A stretch of DNA of 63,342 nt, filler included, from 4 parts of 4 records of this genome joined end to end with filler, not necessarily neighbours in it, one strand, 5' to 3'; positions 30,155 through 41,221 are shown, counted from the first letter of the whole stretch. The notes: a model not told the origin generated them from the sequence alone. Numbers and translations: made by a program.

Positions 30155-30877
30155 ATGAGTTCAGATTCGCTTAAATTCTCTAATTCAGTTATAGTAGCGC
30201 CCCTAGTGGCGGTATTGTCCATTTGGATTGTATTCTGGGTAGAGATGCAATTGGGCATCAATTTGAACGAGTACGGTGTATATCCTCGCAGATTATCGGG
30301 CCTGCAAGGAGTATTCTTCAGTCCGTTTATCCATGGTTCCATTGAACATTTATACAACAATACCATTCCTCTGGCGGTGTTGACGGCATTTCTGTTCTAT
30401 TTTTATAGGAGTGCGGCCCTTCGGGTTTTGTTGATCGGGGCTCTGGTTTCGGGGTTGTTGACGTGGGCAATAGCCAGACCATCTTATCATATTGGGGCAA
30501 GTGGGGTTATTTACTTATTGGCCAGTTTTATATTTTTTAAAGGAATTTTGGCCAAGAATTATCGTTTGGTCGCCCTGTCGTTGGTTGTGGTGTTCATATA
30601 TGGCAGTATGATCTGGTATATATTCCCGGTCAAGGACGGTATTTCGTGGGAAGGCCATTTGGCGGGTTTTTTCACCGGATTGGTACTTGCTTTTGTTACT
30701 AAAATCCAAGTTCCAGAGGTTCGGAAATATGATTGGGAACGAGAAGATTATAGGGAAGAGGATGACCCTTTCCTAAAACATTTTGATGCTAACGGCAATT
30801 TCATCGAGAGTACACCAGAAGAGCCTGAAGAAAAAATAGAAATCAAATATCACTATAAAAAGTTGGACGATGATTAG
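30155..30877 (+). CDS. rhomboid family intramembrane serine protease
   Basis: HLYNN, HIGASG, ISWEGHLAG. Confidence 0.93.
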   Translation: MSSDSLKFSNSVIVAPLVAVLSIWIVFWVEMQLGINLNEYGVYPRRLSGLQGVFFSPFIHGSIEHLYNNTIPLAVLTAFLFYFYRSAALRVLLIGALVSGLLTWAIARPSYHIGASGVIYLLASFIFFKGILAKNYRLVALSLVVVFIYGSMIWYIFPVKDGISWEGHLAGFFTGLVLAFVTKIQVPEVRKYDWEREDYREEDDPFLKHFDANGNFIESTPEEPEEKIEIKYHYKKLDDD

Positions 30878-31608
30878 CTTCTCCTTTGTCGAACAACTTC
30901 GTAAAGAAAAACACCGCAGGCTACCGAAACATTCAATGAACCAATTTTTCCCATGAGGGGCAATTTGGCCTGATGGTCTATGATGCTGAGGGTAGAAGGG
31001 GAGATACCTTTTTCCTCCGAACCCATTATAATTGCGGTAGGTTGGTTAAAATCGACACCATAAATCTCGTCATCGGCTTTCTCGGTAGCTCCAGTAACGA
31101 CAATTCCAGAAGATTGCAGGTAAAAAATAGCATCTTTTAAGTGGTCTACCTTTGCGATGGGGACATTAAAGGCAGCCCCGGCAGATGTTTTTACCGTATC
31201 GTCCGTTATGGGGGCGGCCCCACTTTTAGGAACAATGATTCCGTGAACGCCACAACATTCAGCGGTACGTATAATGGCACCAAAATTTCTCACATCGGAT
31301 ACACCGTCAAGCATTAGAAGTAGAGGAGTCTCTTCTTTATTGAGTACTTGTTCAACCAATTCTTCAAACTGATGGAATTCCACAGGGGAAATTTGAGCGA
31401 CGGCGCCTTGATGGTTATTATTGCGGGTAAGGCGGTTCAGCTTTTCAACAGGAACGTAGGATAGGCCGATGCCGCTTTTACGTGCAGAAGACTCTAATTC
31501 TTTGTAAAGATCACCTTTAAGACCTTTTTGAATAAATATCTTATTGATAGGTTGCCCGGCGTTAATCGCTTCTATGACTGCCCTTATACCGTAGATTTGA
31601 CTGCTCAT
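30874..31608 (-). CDS. rlmB: 23S rRNA Gm2251 methyltransferase
   Basis: HQG, D.RNFGAIIRTA, MGSEEKG, SLNVSVA SPOUT motifs. Confidence 0.93.
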   Translation of the reverse strand: MSSQIYGIRAVIEAINAGQPINKIFIQKGLKGDLYKELESSARKSGIGLSYVPVEKLNRLTRNNNHQGAVAQISPVEFHQFEELVEQVLNKEETPLLLMLDGVSDVRNFGAIIRTAECCGVHGIIVPKSGAAPITDDTVKTSAGAAFNVPIAKVDHLKDAIFYLQSSGIVVTGATEKADDEIYGVDFNQPTAIIMGSEEKGISPSTLSIIDHQAKLPLMGKIGSLNVSVACGVFLYEVVRQRRS

Positions 31609-31702
31609 TATATATTGCAATTGATTTGCAAAGATGCAATAAAGAAACTTATAAGCATTTTAATGGAAGATCAATTTTTTAAAAGTACTAACCAAATGAA
31701 GT

Positions 31703-33091
31703 TTATAGTCCAAGCTCCAATACTCCTGGGTCATCTTTGGCGTAATGGTACGATCTCCAAAAAAAGCCTTGTCCTGAGAACTTCCAAACGACTTCACCAT
31801 CCATAGTTACCTCCCAAATGCCATAATCTCCTTCGGTTATCATCGTATTGCCATTGGGGAGTCTTACGGCGCCTGAAACCCTGTCTGCGAATAACTCAGG
31901 GTTTGAGAAGCTCCATGTAACTTGTGGCGCTGTATTTTGGGGTATTGATTGTTGGTAAAGCGCTTCAGGCAGTTCCATTTCGTAAACGGTCGACTGGCCC
32001 AATTCCCCTCCGTTTGAAAAAATCATGAATTTTCCTGGTTCAAATAGGTTGGGATGGTGGTTATTGTGGAACAATCGTTCAGAATCTAAATCTCCATATG
32101 TGGTTGGGTTGCCAAATCTGTATACAAGGTCTCCACCTCGACCATAATTTCCTCCAGAATGTGCTGCAGCCGCAGAGGTATCTGTGCTGTGATCTATTAC
32201 CCAGACTTCACTGTAAAAATTAACACTGAGGTATATTAAATCGTTAGCGGCATCGTAGTCAATTCCATTGATGTGCATAAGATTACCAGTATCGTTACTA
32301 TTGAAGTTGATATCAATAAGCTGTGGATTGCCCGATACTGAACCAAAATTGGATTTAGTGTCATCTACATCTTGTATGATGTGATCTATAGAATGCCATT
32401 CCCAAACAATTTGATCGTTGGTAGGGTCAATTTCAATGACCGATTCCAAATAAAGATCCATATTATGGGTAGAGCCATTTTCTGTGGCAGTCTCTTGAGG
32501 TATTCTTTCCCATGCAATGGCCAATATGTTTCCATTTGGCATCCTTTCGATATCATGATGCATCCTATGTTCGCTGGTGGCATAGACGAAATCCCAAAGA
32601 GAAGTCCCTTCTTTGTCCAAAATTTGAATTTGACCTCCATAACCTCCAAAGAGAATATCATTACTTTCATCATATCTAAACGTGGCAAGGAGTGTTCCAT
32701 CATCTTGGAGTACCGCGTCATTTCCAGTAGTTTTATCACCTAAATCCCATTCAAAGACAATATTTGCACTTTTGTCCATTAAATAAACAGCAGGGGCCAA
32801 AAGGTCGTTTACCAACACATAGCTATCACTAATTTGTTCCGAATCAATGATATTTGCCGTTCCAGTTTCTCCCTCAATAGTATTTTCATCGGTCTCTTCC
32901 GGTGTTTCTTCTGGTGTTTCCTCTTCTGGATCAGGGTTTTCAGTTTCTTCTGGTGTTTCTTCGCCAATTATGTCAGTAGATGTAGTATCATCATTGGAAC
33001 AGGAGATTAGCAAAAGTGTTGAAAGGAAACAAATGCCCAGAATTTTGATATTGTTTGTATAAAGCCGGATTAGCATAGTTCTCTTTTTCAT
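31703..33091 (-). CDS. aryl-sulfate sulfotransferase family lipoprotein
   Basis: Lipobox, acidic EETPEET linker, HHD.ERMPNGN, HINGIDY, RLPNGNT.ITEG. Confidence 0.85.
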   Translation of the reverse strand: MKKRTMLIRLYTNNIKILGICFLSTLLLISCSNDDTTSTDIIGEETPEETENPDPEEETPEETPEETDENTIEGETGTANIIDSEQISDSYVLVNDLLAPAVYLMDKSANIVFEWDLGDKTTGNDAVLQDDGTLLATFRYDESNDILFGGYGGQIQILDKEGTSLWDFVYATSEHRMHHDIERMPNGNILAIAWERIPQETATENGSTHNMDLYLESVIEIDPTNDQIVWEWHSIDHIIQDVDDTKSNFGSVSGNPQLIDINFNSNDTGNLMHINGIDYDAANDLIYLSVNFYSEVWVIDHSTDTSAAAAHSGGNYGRGGDLVYRFGNPTTYGDLDSERLFHNNHHPNLFEPGKFMIFSNGGELGQSTVYEMELPEALYQQSIPQNTAPQVTWSFSNPELFADRVSGAVRLPNGNTMITEGDYGIWEVTMDGEVVWKFSGQGFFWRSYHYAKDDPGVLELGL

Positions 33092-33121
33092 GTTTTTTAG
33101 ATATTGTTTCTGAGGGGTCTT

Positions 33122-34567
33122 TTATTTGATACTCAGGTCATCCTTTATTTTATCTGGGGTCCTTAAATGGGCCGCTGATTTTCTTTCCTCCATTTTTTGA
33201 AGCTGAGCTTCTCCAAACTTTTTTGGATCACCATTGAAACCTATTCGCCAAATCTTCCCTTGTTTGGATTCGGAAATATACAAAGAACCATCCTTTCCTT
33301 CTGCCAAGCCCATGGGTCTATATTTTGCATCGGGCATGCTTACAATGGTATCGACCTTTGCAAAACCATCGGCGAACACTTCCCATTCACCGGTTGGTTT
33401 TCCATCTTTGAATTGTATGAATGCTACAATGTAACCTGCTTGAGGGTATGGGGCCCTGTTCATAGATCCATGGAAAGCTATAAAGGCTCCATTGCGATAT
33501 CGAGATGGAAATAAATCACCTTTATAAAATAAAAGATCGTTGGGAGCCCAATGGGCCGGTAATCCCATTAGTGGTTTTTTGTACTTATCATCCTCCGTGG
33601 AACCGTCCCCGCCATATTCTGGAGCTACTAGCCTTTTGTTCTTAAAATGATCGTAATAGGTATAGGGCCATCCAAAATCATCCCCTTGTTCTATTTTCAT
33701 GAACTCTTCGGCGGGTAATACCGCTTGGTGCCATTTACTATAGTATTGTGGTGCATGGTTGTGTAGGTAGTCCCTTCCATGCTGCACACCATATAGGCTA
33801 TTGTACTTGTCGTTCCAAGAGAACGCCACCATGCTCCTTATACCAATGGCGTACATTTCGCCATCTTGTTGAATTTGATTGGTACGGTTTTCATCAAACT
33901 TCCAAATACTTCCCAAAACTTCCAGTCCGGGACATGGTTTCATGCCTTTTACCTGTCCTTCTGTATTGAAATTCTCGCAAGCATTTGTTGGGGCACTGAA
34001 AGTGACGTACATATTTCCTTTTTTGTCAAAAGCCAAGGATTTGGAGTTGTGCCATCTTTTTGGGAATTGATCAATTAAAATTACTTCGGGCTTGGATTCG
34101 GGAATAAGTTTTCCTGGGGTAAGTTTTTGTCGGTACACAATTTGTTCGGAACTGAAATAGAGATATCCATTGTGAATCCTCATTTCAGTGGCAAAAGTTC
34201 CATCATTGGGATAGTCCCCGAAAGTTTTTATAATATCAGCTTTTCCATCCCCGGTAGTATCTCTAAGTGCGAGATTACCATGAGTGCCTTCAGGTTTTCT
34301 CAGTTTTACGTAGATATCACCATTATCATTTACAGCTATGTGTCTAGAAGGTCCAACGCTGTCAACTACAACAAGTGCAGAGAATCCATCAGCTAGGTAC
34401 AGTCCACCGTTAGGTTCATTGATATCGCTCTTTTTTTCTGAAGCCTCACTCTGTTTGGTTGATGGCTTAACAGGCTCCTTTTCGGAAGAAGTTTCTTTCT
34501 TTTTAGAACCATCCTGACAGGCGGTTAAAATTATACTGAACAAAAGAATATACAGGTATCGAGACAT
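33122..34567 (-). CDS. PQQ-dependent sugar/L-sorbosone dehydrogenase family lipoprotein
   Basis: YAIGIRS, QHGRD, FGWPY, AHWAP, AFHGS.NR, RPMGLA. Confidence 0.85.
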   Translation of the reverse strand: MSRYLYILLFSIILTACQDGSKKKETSSEKEPVKPSTKQSEASEKKSDINEPNGGLYLADGFSALVVVDSVGPSRHIAVNDNGDIYVKLRKPEGTHGNLALRDTTGDGKADIIKTFGDYPNDGTFATEMRIHNGYLYFSSEQIVYRQKLTPGKLIPESKPEVILIDQFPKRWHNSKSLAFDKKGNMYVTFSAPTNACENFNTEGQVKGMKPCPGLEVLGSIWKFDENRTNQIQQDGEMYAIGIRSMVAFSWNDKYNSLYGVQHGRDYLHNHAPQYYSKWHQAVLPAEEFMKIEQGDDFGWPYTYYDHFKNKRLVAPEYGGDGSTEDDKYKKPLMGLPAHWAPNDLLFYKGDLFPSRYRNGAFIAFHGSMNRAPYPQAGYIVAFIQFKDGKPTGEWEVFADGFAKVDTIVSMPDAKYRPMGLAEGKDGSLYISESKQGKIWRIGFNGDPKKFGEAQLQKMEERKSAAHLRTPDKIKDDLSIK

Positions 34568-34694
34568 CTTGGATTATGGTTGATTCTATATTGATAAGAT
34601 ATAAAAATTCTAGTTGTGCGGTATGGAATGCATCTCTTCTCAGACTAAAATTAACAGGTTTATGTTATGCATTCGGTGTTCAATGATGGTGTAT

Positions 34695-34723
34695 AAAAAA
34701 AGGGCGTAAATTTTTACGCCCTT
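34695..34723 (-). terminator. intrinsic terminator of the susC operon
   Basis: AAGGGCGTAAA/TTTACGCCCTT stem with an A-tract on the plus strand. Confidence 0.8.
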
Positions 34724-34744
34724 AAGTTATAATTGTATCGCTTT

Positions 34745-35650
34745 TTACAGGTCCAAAGCCATACAGAAGTCAAACAAAGCGGTTCCGGCTGGTGGTTCTG
34801 GGCCTAAATCCAAAACGGTTTCACCATTAGCGGAAGTGACTTGAAATGTGTTTTCTTCATCATATGATCCACTGTTGTAAAAGATCTGAATTTCAACAGT
34901 ACCTTCTGGTACAATGAAAGAATATGATGATGAAGCTCCACCCTCATGGGCATAACTGGTTACTTCTCCATCAATGCTTACAGATAATGAAGCACCGTTC
35001 CAAGAGTCACCATAAGAATCTTGTTGTTCAATGGTCCACTCTCCTGGAGTTGGAGTAATTGGGGGACAAGCGACAGGTATGCTGTATACAAAGGGAGACT
35101 TAAAGTAAGATCCACCAGATACAGTACTGTTCAAATTCCCACTGGAGAAGGAGCGACCATCGGTCAAGTTCAATACGTATCGAATTGTAAAACTACTTCC
35201 TCCAGCATAATCTTCTGGTATGGTTCCGACGAAATCCGATTCGGACAGTCCCAAAGCTGTTGCCAATTCTGCTAACGTAAACTCTACTGTAATAGAGGGT
35301 AAGTCAACATCGTTTGGTGAGAATGCCGATGCGGGCAAAGTAGTGACCAGTGTCTCGTCTACTGAATCAGCTTCATCAGCGCCGGTATAGGATGCGTAGA
35401 CTTCAACATCTTGAAGCAATTCTCCCTGTTTGTTGTCCTCTACCTCAAAAGTTACCGAATAGGTCGAGGTAGGAAAATTGAACAGGAAGTTTTGAGATGC
35501 AACATCGGAGCTGGGTGTTGTGGCTCTAAATACAGCACCGCGGGTTACTTCGGCGAAGACATCATCAATTGTCTTGTTACTGGAATCACAGGCTACAAAG
35601 CCAATGGATGCCAGCGAAAGTATCATTATGTTTTTAATATATCTTTTCAT
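34745..35650 (-). CDS. surface lipoprotein downstream of susD (SusE-positioned)
   Basis: FVAC lipobox, acidic composition, DSYGDSWNG module. Confidence 0.8.
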   Translation of the reverse strand: MKRYIKNIMILSLASIGFVACDSSNKTIDDVFAEVTRGAVFRATTPSSDVASQNFLFNFPTSTYSVTFEVEDNKQGELLQDVEVYASYTGADEADSVDETLVTTLPASAFSPNDVDLPSITVEFTLAELATALGLSESDFVGTIPEDYAGGSSFTIRYVLNLTDGRSFSSGNLNSTVSGGSYFKSPFVYSIPVACPPITPTPGEWTIEQQDSYGDSWNGASLSVSIDGEVTSYAHEGGASSSYSFIVPEGTVEIQIFYNSGSYDEENTFQVTSANGETVLDLGPEPPAGTALFDFCMALDL

Positions 35651-35663
35651 TTTTCTTTTTCTT

Positions 35664-37355
35664 TTAGTTTGATAATGGGAAACCGGAATCAGGGTTATTG
35701 TCCCAGAACACCTTCACTGTCACACTTGATTTTTGTGTAACTGAACTGTTGTTGTTTGCATAAACCGCAGGATAAAGGAAAGATCTTATGAACGAACCCG
35801 GTTCTGGCTCCAAGTTGGCCTGTAGATCGTTTGGATATCCTGTTCTTCTATAAAAGTTATATGCGTCAATTCCGTTTCCGTAAAGTGCTACCCAAAATTC
35901 TTTGGCGATAAGGTTTAGTTTTTCATCACCAACAGCAGCATCATATAGAGCTTCTACCTCTGCAACATAGTCGTCTACATCATCACTGGTAGGGGCCAAA
36001 GATAAGTCTGCATCAGCATCCAAAGCTCCAAAGGCCATTGTCTTTTCTATTGACTTTGTTACACCATCGCTAAGGAATGCTCTTGCACCAGGGATGTCTC
36101 CGGTAGCATAGGCTATTTCTGCCTGTAAGAAATCAATTGTCTGTGCCAAGAAGATAGGGATTATTCCAGCTCCACCGCCACCTGAGCCTAAATCCACTGC
36201 ACTAAATTCGCTGTCATCAAATTCGCCACCTGCTGGATATACACCGTATGTTGTCTTTAAAGGTCCGTCTGGTGGAGTTCCGTCATCATCTCCGTGATCT
36301 CTTCCCCAATAACCATTAGGCAAATAGCAGAAAGTGAACCCACCATCAACATAGTGTTCAGGTATTGGCTCCACACTACAAGATAATGTCTGTTGGTTAG
36401 GGCCTTCTGAATCAATTGCACCAGGAGTAGTTGCGGATTGTCTGTAGTAGTAGTACCTAATCCTAGGATCACTATCCTCATAGATGGCCACACCATTTTC
36501 AACTTTGGAATTATCCATGTAATTCATAAGCCAATTGCTCATATAATCTGATGAGCCTTGTGGAGTATAGTTATCGATATAATTTGGGTGCCTTGAATCA
36601 GGGTTTACAACATTGGTTCCCCATTCGAATTGGAAATCCTCATCTACAGAAGTGATGTAATCACCGCCAGCGATTATAGCATTGAATGCGTCAATAGCAC
36701 CACCATCTACTAATCTGGATTGTGCATAAATCTTCAACTTTAAGGAGTTTGCCAGTTTTACCCAGTTATCCCAGTCACCGTCATAGTAATAGTCATTGCT
36801 AGGATCTGCTGTGTTGTCCTCTGTGGTGAAATTAGCAATGGCATCATCCAATAATCCTAGAGCTGCCTCATAAATATCGGCCCCGCTGTCTGCTGTAGGG
36901 TTAAGGTTGTCTAAACCCTGTATAGCACTAGTGTAAGGTACATCCCCATAAAAATCAACCAAAGTAACTGCAGTGAACGCTTGGAATACCTGTCCCATAC
37001 CTATATGGCGTCTGAAGTTGGCTTCTTCTGCCAAAACGTTCATGGCAGAGATGTCTGTGAACATAGAGGAATAGGCAAACCTCCATTCCGCATCTTGAGA
37101 TGCTGGCGAGTAAGCTTGTTGATACAATCGGGTACCCATATATTCTATACGGGTTACTTCGGAGCCATTGGTTCCAAAAGCATCGTTGAAACGAGCGAAT
37201 TCCTCTTGTACACGGTTAAGATAAAAATCGGGTGTAGCTTGGTCCGGACTTACCGCATTCGGGTCTGTAGTCAGATCAAGTTCTGTACTCTCGCATGAAA
37301 GTAGGAGCCCCACGGAAGAAATCGCTAGAACTAGTTGTTTTATATATATTTTCAT
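35664..37355 (-). CDS. susD: SusD/RagB family lipoprotein
   Basis: LSC lipobox, DPN, LVDFYGDVPY, W.KLANSLKL, AYNFYRRTGYP. Confidence 0.93.
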   Translation of the reverse strand: MKIYIKQLVLAISSVGLLLSCESTELDLTTDPNAVSPDQATPDFYLNRVQEEFARFNDAFGTNGSEVTRIEYMGTRLYQQAYSPASQDAEWRFAYSSMFTDISAMNVLAEEANFRRHIGMGQVFQAFTAVTLVDFYGDVPYTSAIQGLDNLNPTADSGADIYEAALGLLDDAIANFTTEDNTADPSNDYYYDGDWDNWVKLANSLKLKIYAQSRLVDGGAIDAFNAIIAGGDYITSVDEDFQFEWGTNVVNPDSRHPNYIDNYTPQGSSDYMSNWLMNYMDNSKVENGVAIYEDSDPRIRYYYYRQSATTPGAIDSEGPNQQTLSCSVEPIPEHYVDGGFTFCYLPNGYWGRDHGDDDGTPPDGPLKTTYGVYPAGGEFDDSEFSAVDLGSGGGGAGIIPIFLAQTIDFLQAEIAYATGDIPGARAFLSDGVTKSIEKTMAFGALDADADLSLAPTSDDVDDYVAEVEALYDAAVGDEKLNLIAKEFWVALYGNGIDAYNFYRRTGYPNDLQANLEPEPGSFIRSFLYPAVYANNNSSVTQKSSVTVKVFWDNNPDSGFPLSN

Positions 37356-37367
37356 TTTTCTATTTTT

Positions 37368-40300
37368 TTAAAATGTTGCTTTAATAGACATACCATATCT
37401 TCTAGAGCCTGGGCTGTTGATAAAGTCGAAACCTAAGGCGTTACCTACCCCAACCCCAAGGTTTTCTGGGTCAAAGTTTGTTCCTTTAGGGACATTGATA
37501 CCCTTAAACCATAGGTTTTGTCCAGTTAAAGTTAGGCTCAATGATCCGAAAGGTGTCTTTTCCAAAGCTTTCTTTGGAACAGAATATCCTAATCTTACCT
37601 CTCTTAATCGAATGGTACTACCATCGTAAACCTGTAACTCACTTGGACCGAATGCTACGTTACTAAAGTAGTAATCGGAGTTGTTGATTTGAATATCGTT
37701 AACGGAACCATCCGCCTTAACCCCAGGAAGGATGAAAGTGGAAACACGATCCTCAGTATCTGTGGTAAGTCCTCTACCAACCAATGCAGAAATCGTGTTG
37801 GCATAAACATCACCACCATGTCTATAAGAAATATCGAAGCCAAAGTTCAAGTTTTTGTAGTTGAAACCATTGCTAACGTTCAATCTCCAGTCAGCATTGG
37901 GGTCTCCAATCTCAAACAATCCTTGCTCTTCAACATAGCTACCGGTACTCGCAACAACTTTGTTTCCATCGTCGTCTCTTAGCACTCTAGTGCCCATTAT
38001 AATACCAAATGGTCGTCCTGCAACAGCAAAGTTGGAAAGGTCAGAGAAAAGACCTCCAATGTTGATGTTGTCCGTATCTTGACCAAGGTCTACTACTGTA
38101 GACTCATCTGCAGTAAAGTTGGCGTTAACCATCCAGTTGAATCCACCTGGGTTGGAGTTTCTAAATAGGGAAACTCCTAAGTCAGCCTCAATACCTTTAA
38201 CCTGTACCTCACCGATGTTGGTAACAGTTTCGGTATAACCTGTGGAAGGGTCCAAAGGTCTGTTGGAAATAAGGTCTGTGGTTGTTTTCTTATAGATAGA
38301 AACATCCAAAGAAACTCTGTTCTGGATAAAACGGCTCTCAATACCGAATTCCAATTCCTGAAGAAGCTCAGGTTTTAGGGCTGGATTGGCCAATTCGTCA
38401 TCCACTCTAATGGAGGATACCAACGTACCGTCTTTTAAGAATTCCCTAGTGTCCAAAGTTGCTGTGCTAGCTACTGGGTAACCCCCAAAGAAACCTGCGG
38501 AAGTACCATAACCAGCTCTAAGTTTCAAGAAGTTCAATCCGTTTTGGGATTGTAGACCATCTATCAATGCAGTAGGCAGTATAGACAAACTCGCAGATGG
38601 ATAGAAGATGGAGTTTTCGAAGAAGTTGGAAACCCAGTCGTTTCTTGCTGCTAAAGTAAGGTAAGCAAAGTTGTCATAGCCAAACTCGGTCTGAGCATAT
38701 ACACCAACAATATTCTGTGTCTCATCACGTTGAACTGGTTGAGCCGTGGCAAAGTTATAGTGTCTGAACACACCGAAAATAGACTGCTGGTCACTGGTTA
38801 CACCTTGTTGAGAGAACTCGGTTCTTCTAGAAGTAGCACCAACGTTAACACTAAGGTCTAATTTTTCCGTTAATAGGAAAGAACCATTTAACTGTAGCGT
38901 GTGATCCCAAATTGTATTTCTGTTGTCGTAGGTTTGATATCTACCTTGTATGTAACCTTCGGCACCACCTTTGTTCTGTCCGATTTCGTTACGCTCTGTG
39001 TAAAAATCCAAACCGGTTCTCCAGAAAACGTTAATGTTGTCGTTTATTTTGTAAGTAGCTTGTGTGCTTCCAAAGAAACGATTGGTCAACTGATTGGCGA
39101 ATGCATTCGCAGCTGTCCATCTTGGGTTCTGAATATCGTTACCTCCTCTATAGTAAACACTTCTACCATCAATAGGACTCTGGAAAGGCAGTCCCATCAA
39201 ATCCACACTACGTGGTGTGAAGAACAGGTGACCAAATACAGACGAACCAGCTCCAAAGGAACCGTTACCGGTACTTGCTGCAATTGGAGGAGATTTTACA
39301 TCACTCTTGGAAAAGTTAAAGGTAGAGTTGATTGTAAAGTTGTTGCTCAACTCAGCGCGTCCACCTAAACTAATGTTGGTTCTTTGAAGTTTGTTGCCAG
39401 GTGTAAATCCTTCGTCCCTCAAGTTACTTGCACTTGCATTAAAAGCAATTTTTCCGTCTTCTGATCCGCCAGAGGCATTAACAGCATTGTTGGTCACAAC
39501 ACCGGTACGGAAAAAATTCTTTACACCATCATAAGGTCTAAATTCATAAGTTGCTCCTTGATATTCAGGAAATGCTGCACTTACACCGGCATTAACGGAA
39601 TATGGATGTCTGATCAAGATCGTACCATCAGCGGCAGTTCCTCTCCAAGTAGCACCAAAGTTGTTCGGGTCAGGAATGTTAAAGTCAGGTCCCCAGTTAC
39701 TGAAGAATTCACCGTAAGCCTGGTCAAAACCATTTCCATATTGGTCTTGGTAATCAGGCAATGTCGATATTTCATTAAAAAATATTGATGAAGTAACGGT
39801 AATCTCCGATTTTGCCCTGCTGGCCCCGGCAGCACCTGCCTTAGTGGTGATCAATATTACACCGTTTCTACCTGCGGTACCATATAAGTTGGCAGCAGCT
39901 AAACCTTTTAATACACTTACGTTGGCAATGGAGTTAGGATCTAAATCCAAAAATCTACTTGACCCCACGTTACCATCGATGGCATCTCCTTGAGTATTGG
40001 TGTCAGAGCTGAACGGAACACCGTCCACAATAAACAACGGTTGGTTGGATCCGGAAATTGAAGTGAATCCACGAATAATAATGTTGGTAGCAGAACCGGA
40101 TACACCGCTTGCTGCATTAATAAGTACCCCGGAAGCTTTACCGTTTAGTACCCTTCCTACATCACCTTCCGCCTTTTGCTCCAAATCTTCCGCTCCAACT
40201 GAGGAGACTGCGTAACCAAGGGCTTTCTTTTCCCTTTTAATACCCTGTGCGGTAACAACAACCTCTTCAAGGGCTTGGGCGTCTTCCACCATTTGAACAT

Positions 40301-40574
40301 TGATTACACTGCTGGCACCCACAACTTTGCTGGAGGGGCGTTGTCCAATGTAAGTGAAAAGCAATGTCTGTCCTTCACTTGCACTGATAGCATAATTTCC
40401 ATCGAAATCTGTTTGGGTACCGGACGAGGTCCCTTCAACGACAATGTTGACCCCAGGTAACGGGAGGCCATCGGCATCCGTAACTGTACCTGTAATCGTC
40501 TTGTCCTGTGCATAGGATATATGCACAACAAACGCCAATAATAGCGTTAACAATCCATTAAGTTTTGTTCTCAT
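37368..40574 (-). CDS. susC: SusC/RagA TonB-dependent transporter
   Basis: LEEVVVTA TonB box, PLFIVDGVP, LYG..GRNGVILITTK, terminal Phe. Confidence 0.97.
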   Translation of the reverse strand: MRTKLNGLLTLLLAFVVHISYAQDKTITGTVTDADGLPLPGVNIVVEGTSSGTQTDFDGNYAISASEGQTLLFTYIGQRPSSKVVGASSVINVQMVEDAQALEEVVVTAQGIKREKKALGYAVSSVGAEDLEQKAEGDVGRVLNGKASGVLINAASGVSGSATNIIIRGFTSISGSNQPLFIVDGVPFSSDTNTQGDAIDGNVGSSRFLDLDPNSIANVSVLKGLAAANLYGTAGRNGVILITTKAGAAGASRAKSEITVTSSIFFNEISTLPDYQDQYGNGFDQAYGEFFSNWGPDFNIPDPNNFGATWRGTAADGTILIRHPYSVNAGVSAAFPEYQGATYEFRPYDGVKNFFRTGVVTNNAVNASGGSEDGKIAFNASASNLRDEGFTPGNKLQRTNISLGGRAELSNNFTINSTFNFSKSDVKSPPIAASTGNGSFGAGSSVFGHLFFTPRSVDLMGLPFQSPIDGRSVYYRGGNDIQNPRWTAANAFANQLTNRFFGSTQATYKINDNINVFWRTGLDFYTERNEIGQNKGGAEGYIQGRYQTYDNRNTIWDHTLQLNGSFLLTEKLDLSVNVGATSRRTEFSQQGVTSDQQSIFGVFRHYNFATAQPVQRDETQNIVGVYAQTEFGYDNFAYLTLAARNDWVSNFFENSIFYPSASLSILPTALIDGLQSQNGLNFLKLRAGYGTSAGFFGGYPVASTATLDTREFLKDGTLVSSIRVDDELANPALKPELLQELEFGIESRFIQNRVSLDVSIYKKTTTDLISNRPLDPSTGYTETVTNIGEVQVKGIEADLGVSLFRNSNPGGFNWMVNANFTADESTVVDLGQDTDNINIGGLFSDLSNFAVAGRPFGIIMGTRVLRDDDGNKVVASTGSYVEEQGLFEIGDPNADWRLNVSNGFNYKNLNFGFDISYRHGGDVYANTISALVGRGLTTDTEDRVSTFILPGVKADGSVNDIQINNSDYYFSNVAFGPSELQVYDGSTIRLREVRLGYSVPKKALEKTPFGSLSLTLTGQNLWFKGINVPKGTNFDPENLGVGVGNALGFDFINSPGSRRYGMSIKATF

Positions 40575-41040
40575 TGTTAAATTATTTGAATTAGCTAATC
40601 GCTAAAATCATAATTTCATGTTAATAATCCAAACTAATTTTATAAAATCTTTAAGACTGGTTGTTTAAATGAAGTAACGGCAAAAACATCAAGTTTGATT
40701 GATAACTATATAATTTAAAAGGGGTGTAATTGTTCTTATTGCAATATTTTTGATTTAACCCATAAATTAAAAGGGGTTGAGTTCAATAAGTTTGGTTTGA
40801 TGTTAGTTTTGTCTTAAAGAATAGATGTGATAAAAAAATGTTAGGGTAATGTTAAGGGTTTATTTCTTGTCTTAGTAACCTTATACCTTAATATGTATTG
40901 GTTACTTATGTTCAAGAATTTTGCCTTTCAAAGGGGTGTTTGATGTAGGTGTGAGTTATTGTTTTTAAGATGGCTTTTATCTTTTTTTGCATTCTGCTTA
41001 AAATTAATTGCTTGGGATTTGAATTATTGGGAATTATCAT

Positions 41041-41066
41041 TACATTTGCAGCCCTCAAAATGAGGG
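41041..41066 (+). promoter_or_regulatory. rpsL promoter -7 element and leader hairpin
   Basis: TACATTTG at 41041-41048, then CCCTCA-aaa-TGAGGG. Confidence 0.6.
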
Positions 41067-41091
41067 TTATTTAGTTTTTAAAAGGAATTTA

Positions 41092-41121
41092 ATGCCAACA
41101 ATTTCACAATTAGTACGAAAA
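41092..41121 (+). CDS. rpsL: 30S ribosomal protein S12, first 10 codons
   Basis: Translates to MPTISQLVRK; cut by the linker. Confidence 0.9.
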
Positions 41122-41221
41122 NNNNNNNNNNNNNNNNNNNNNNNNNNNNNNNNNNNNNNNNNNNNTTAATTAATTAANNNNNNNNNNNNNNNNNNNNNNN
41201 NNNNNNNNNNNNNNNNNNNNN
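41122..41221. other. artificial contig linker
   Basis: N44-TTAATTAATTAA-N44. Confidence 0.99.

Noticed and set aside
32891-32965. EETPEET-encoding repeats
   Set aside because: Ordinary low-complexity lipoprotein linker.
40575-41040. Long AT-rich intergenic region as an ncRNA
   Set aside because: No convincing structure or terminator; consistent with divergent promoters.
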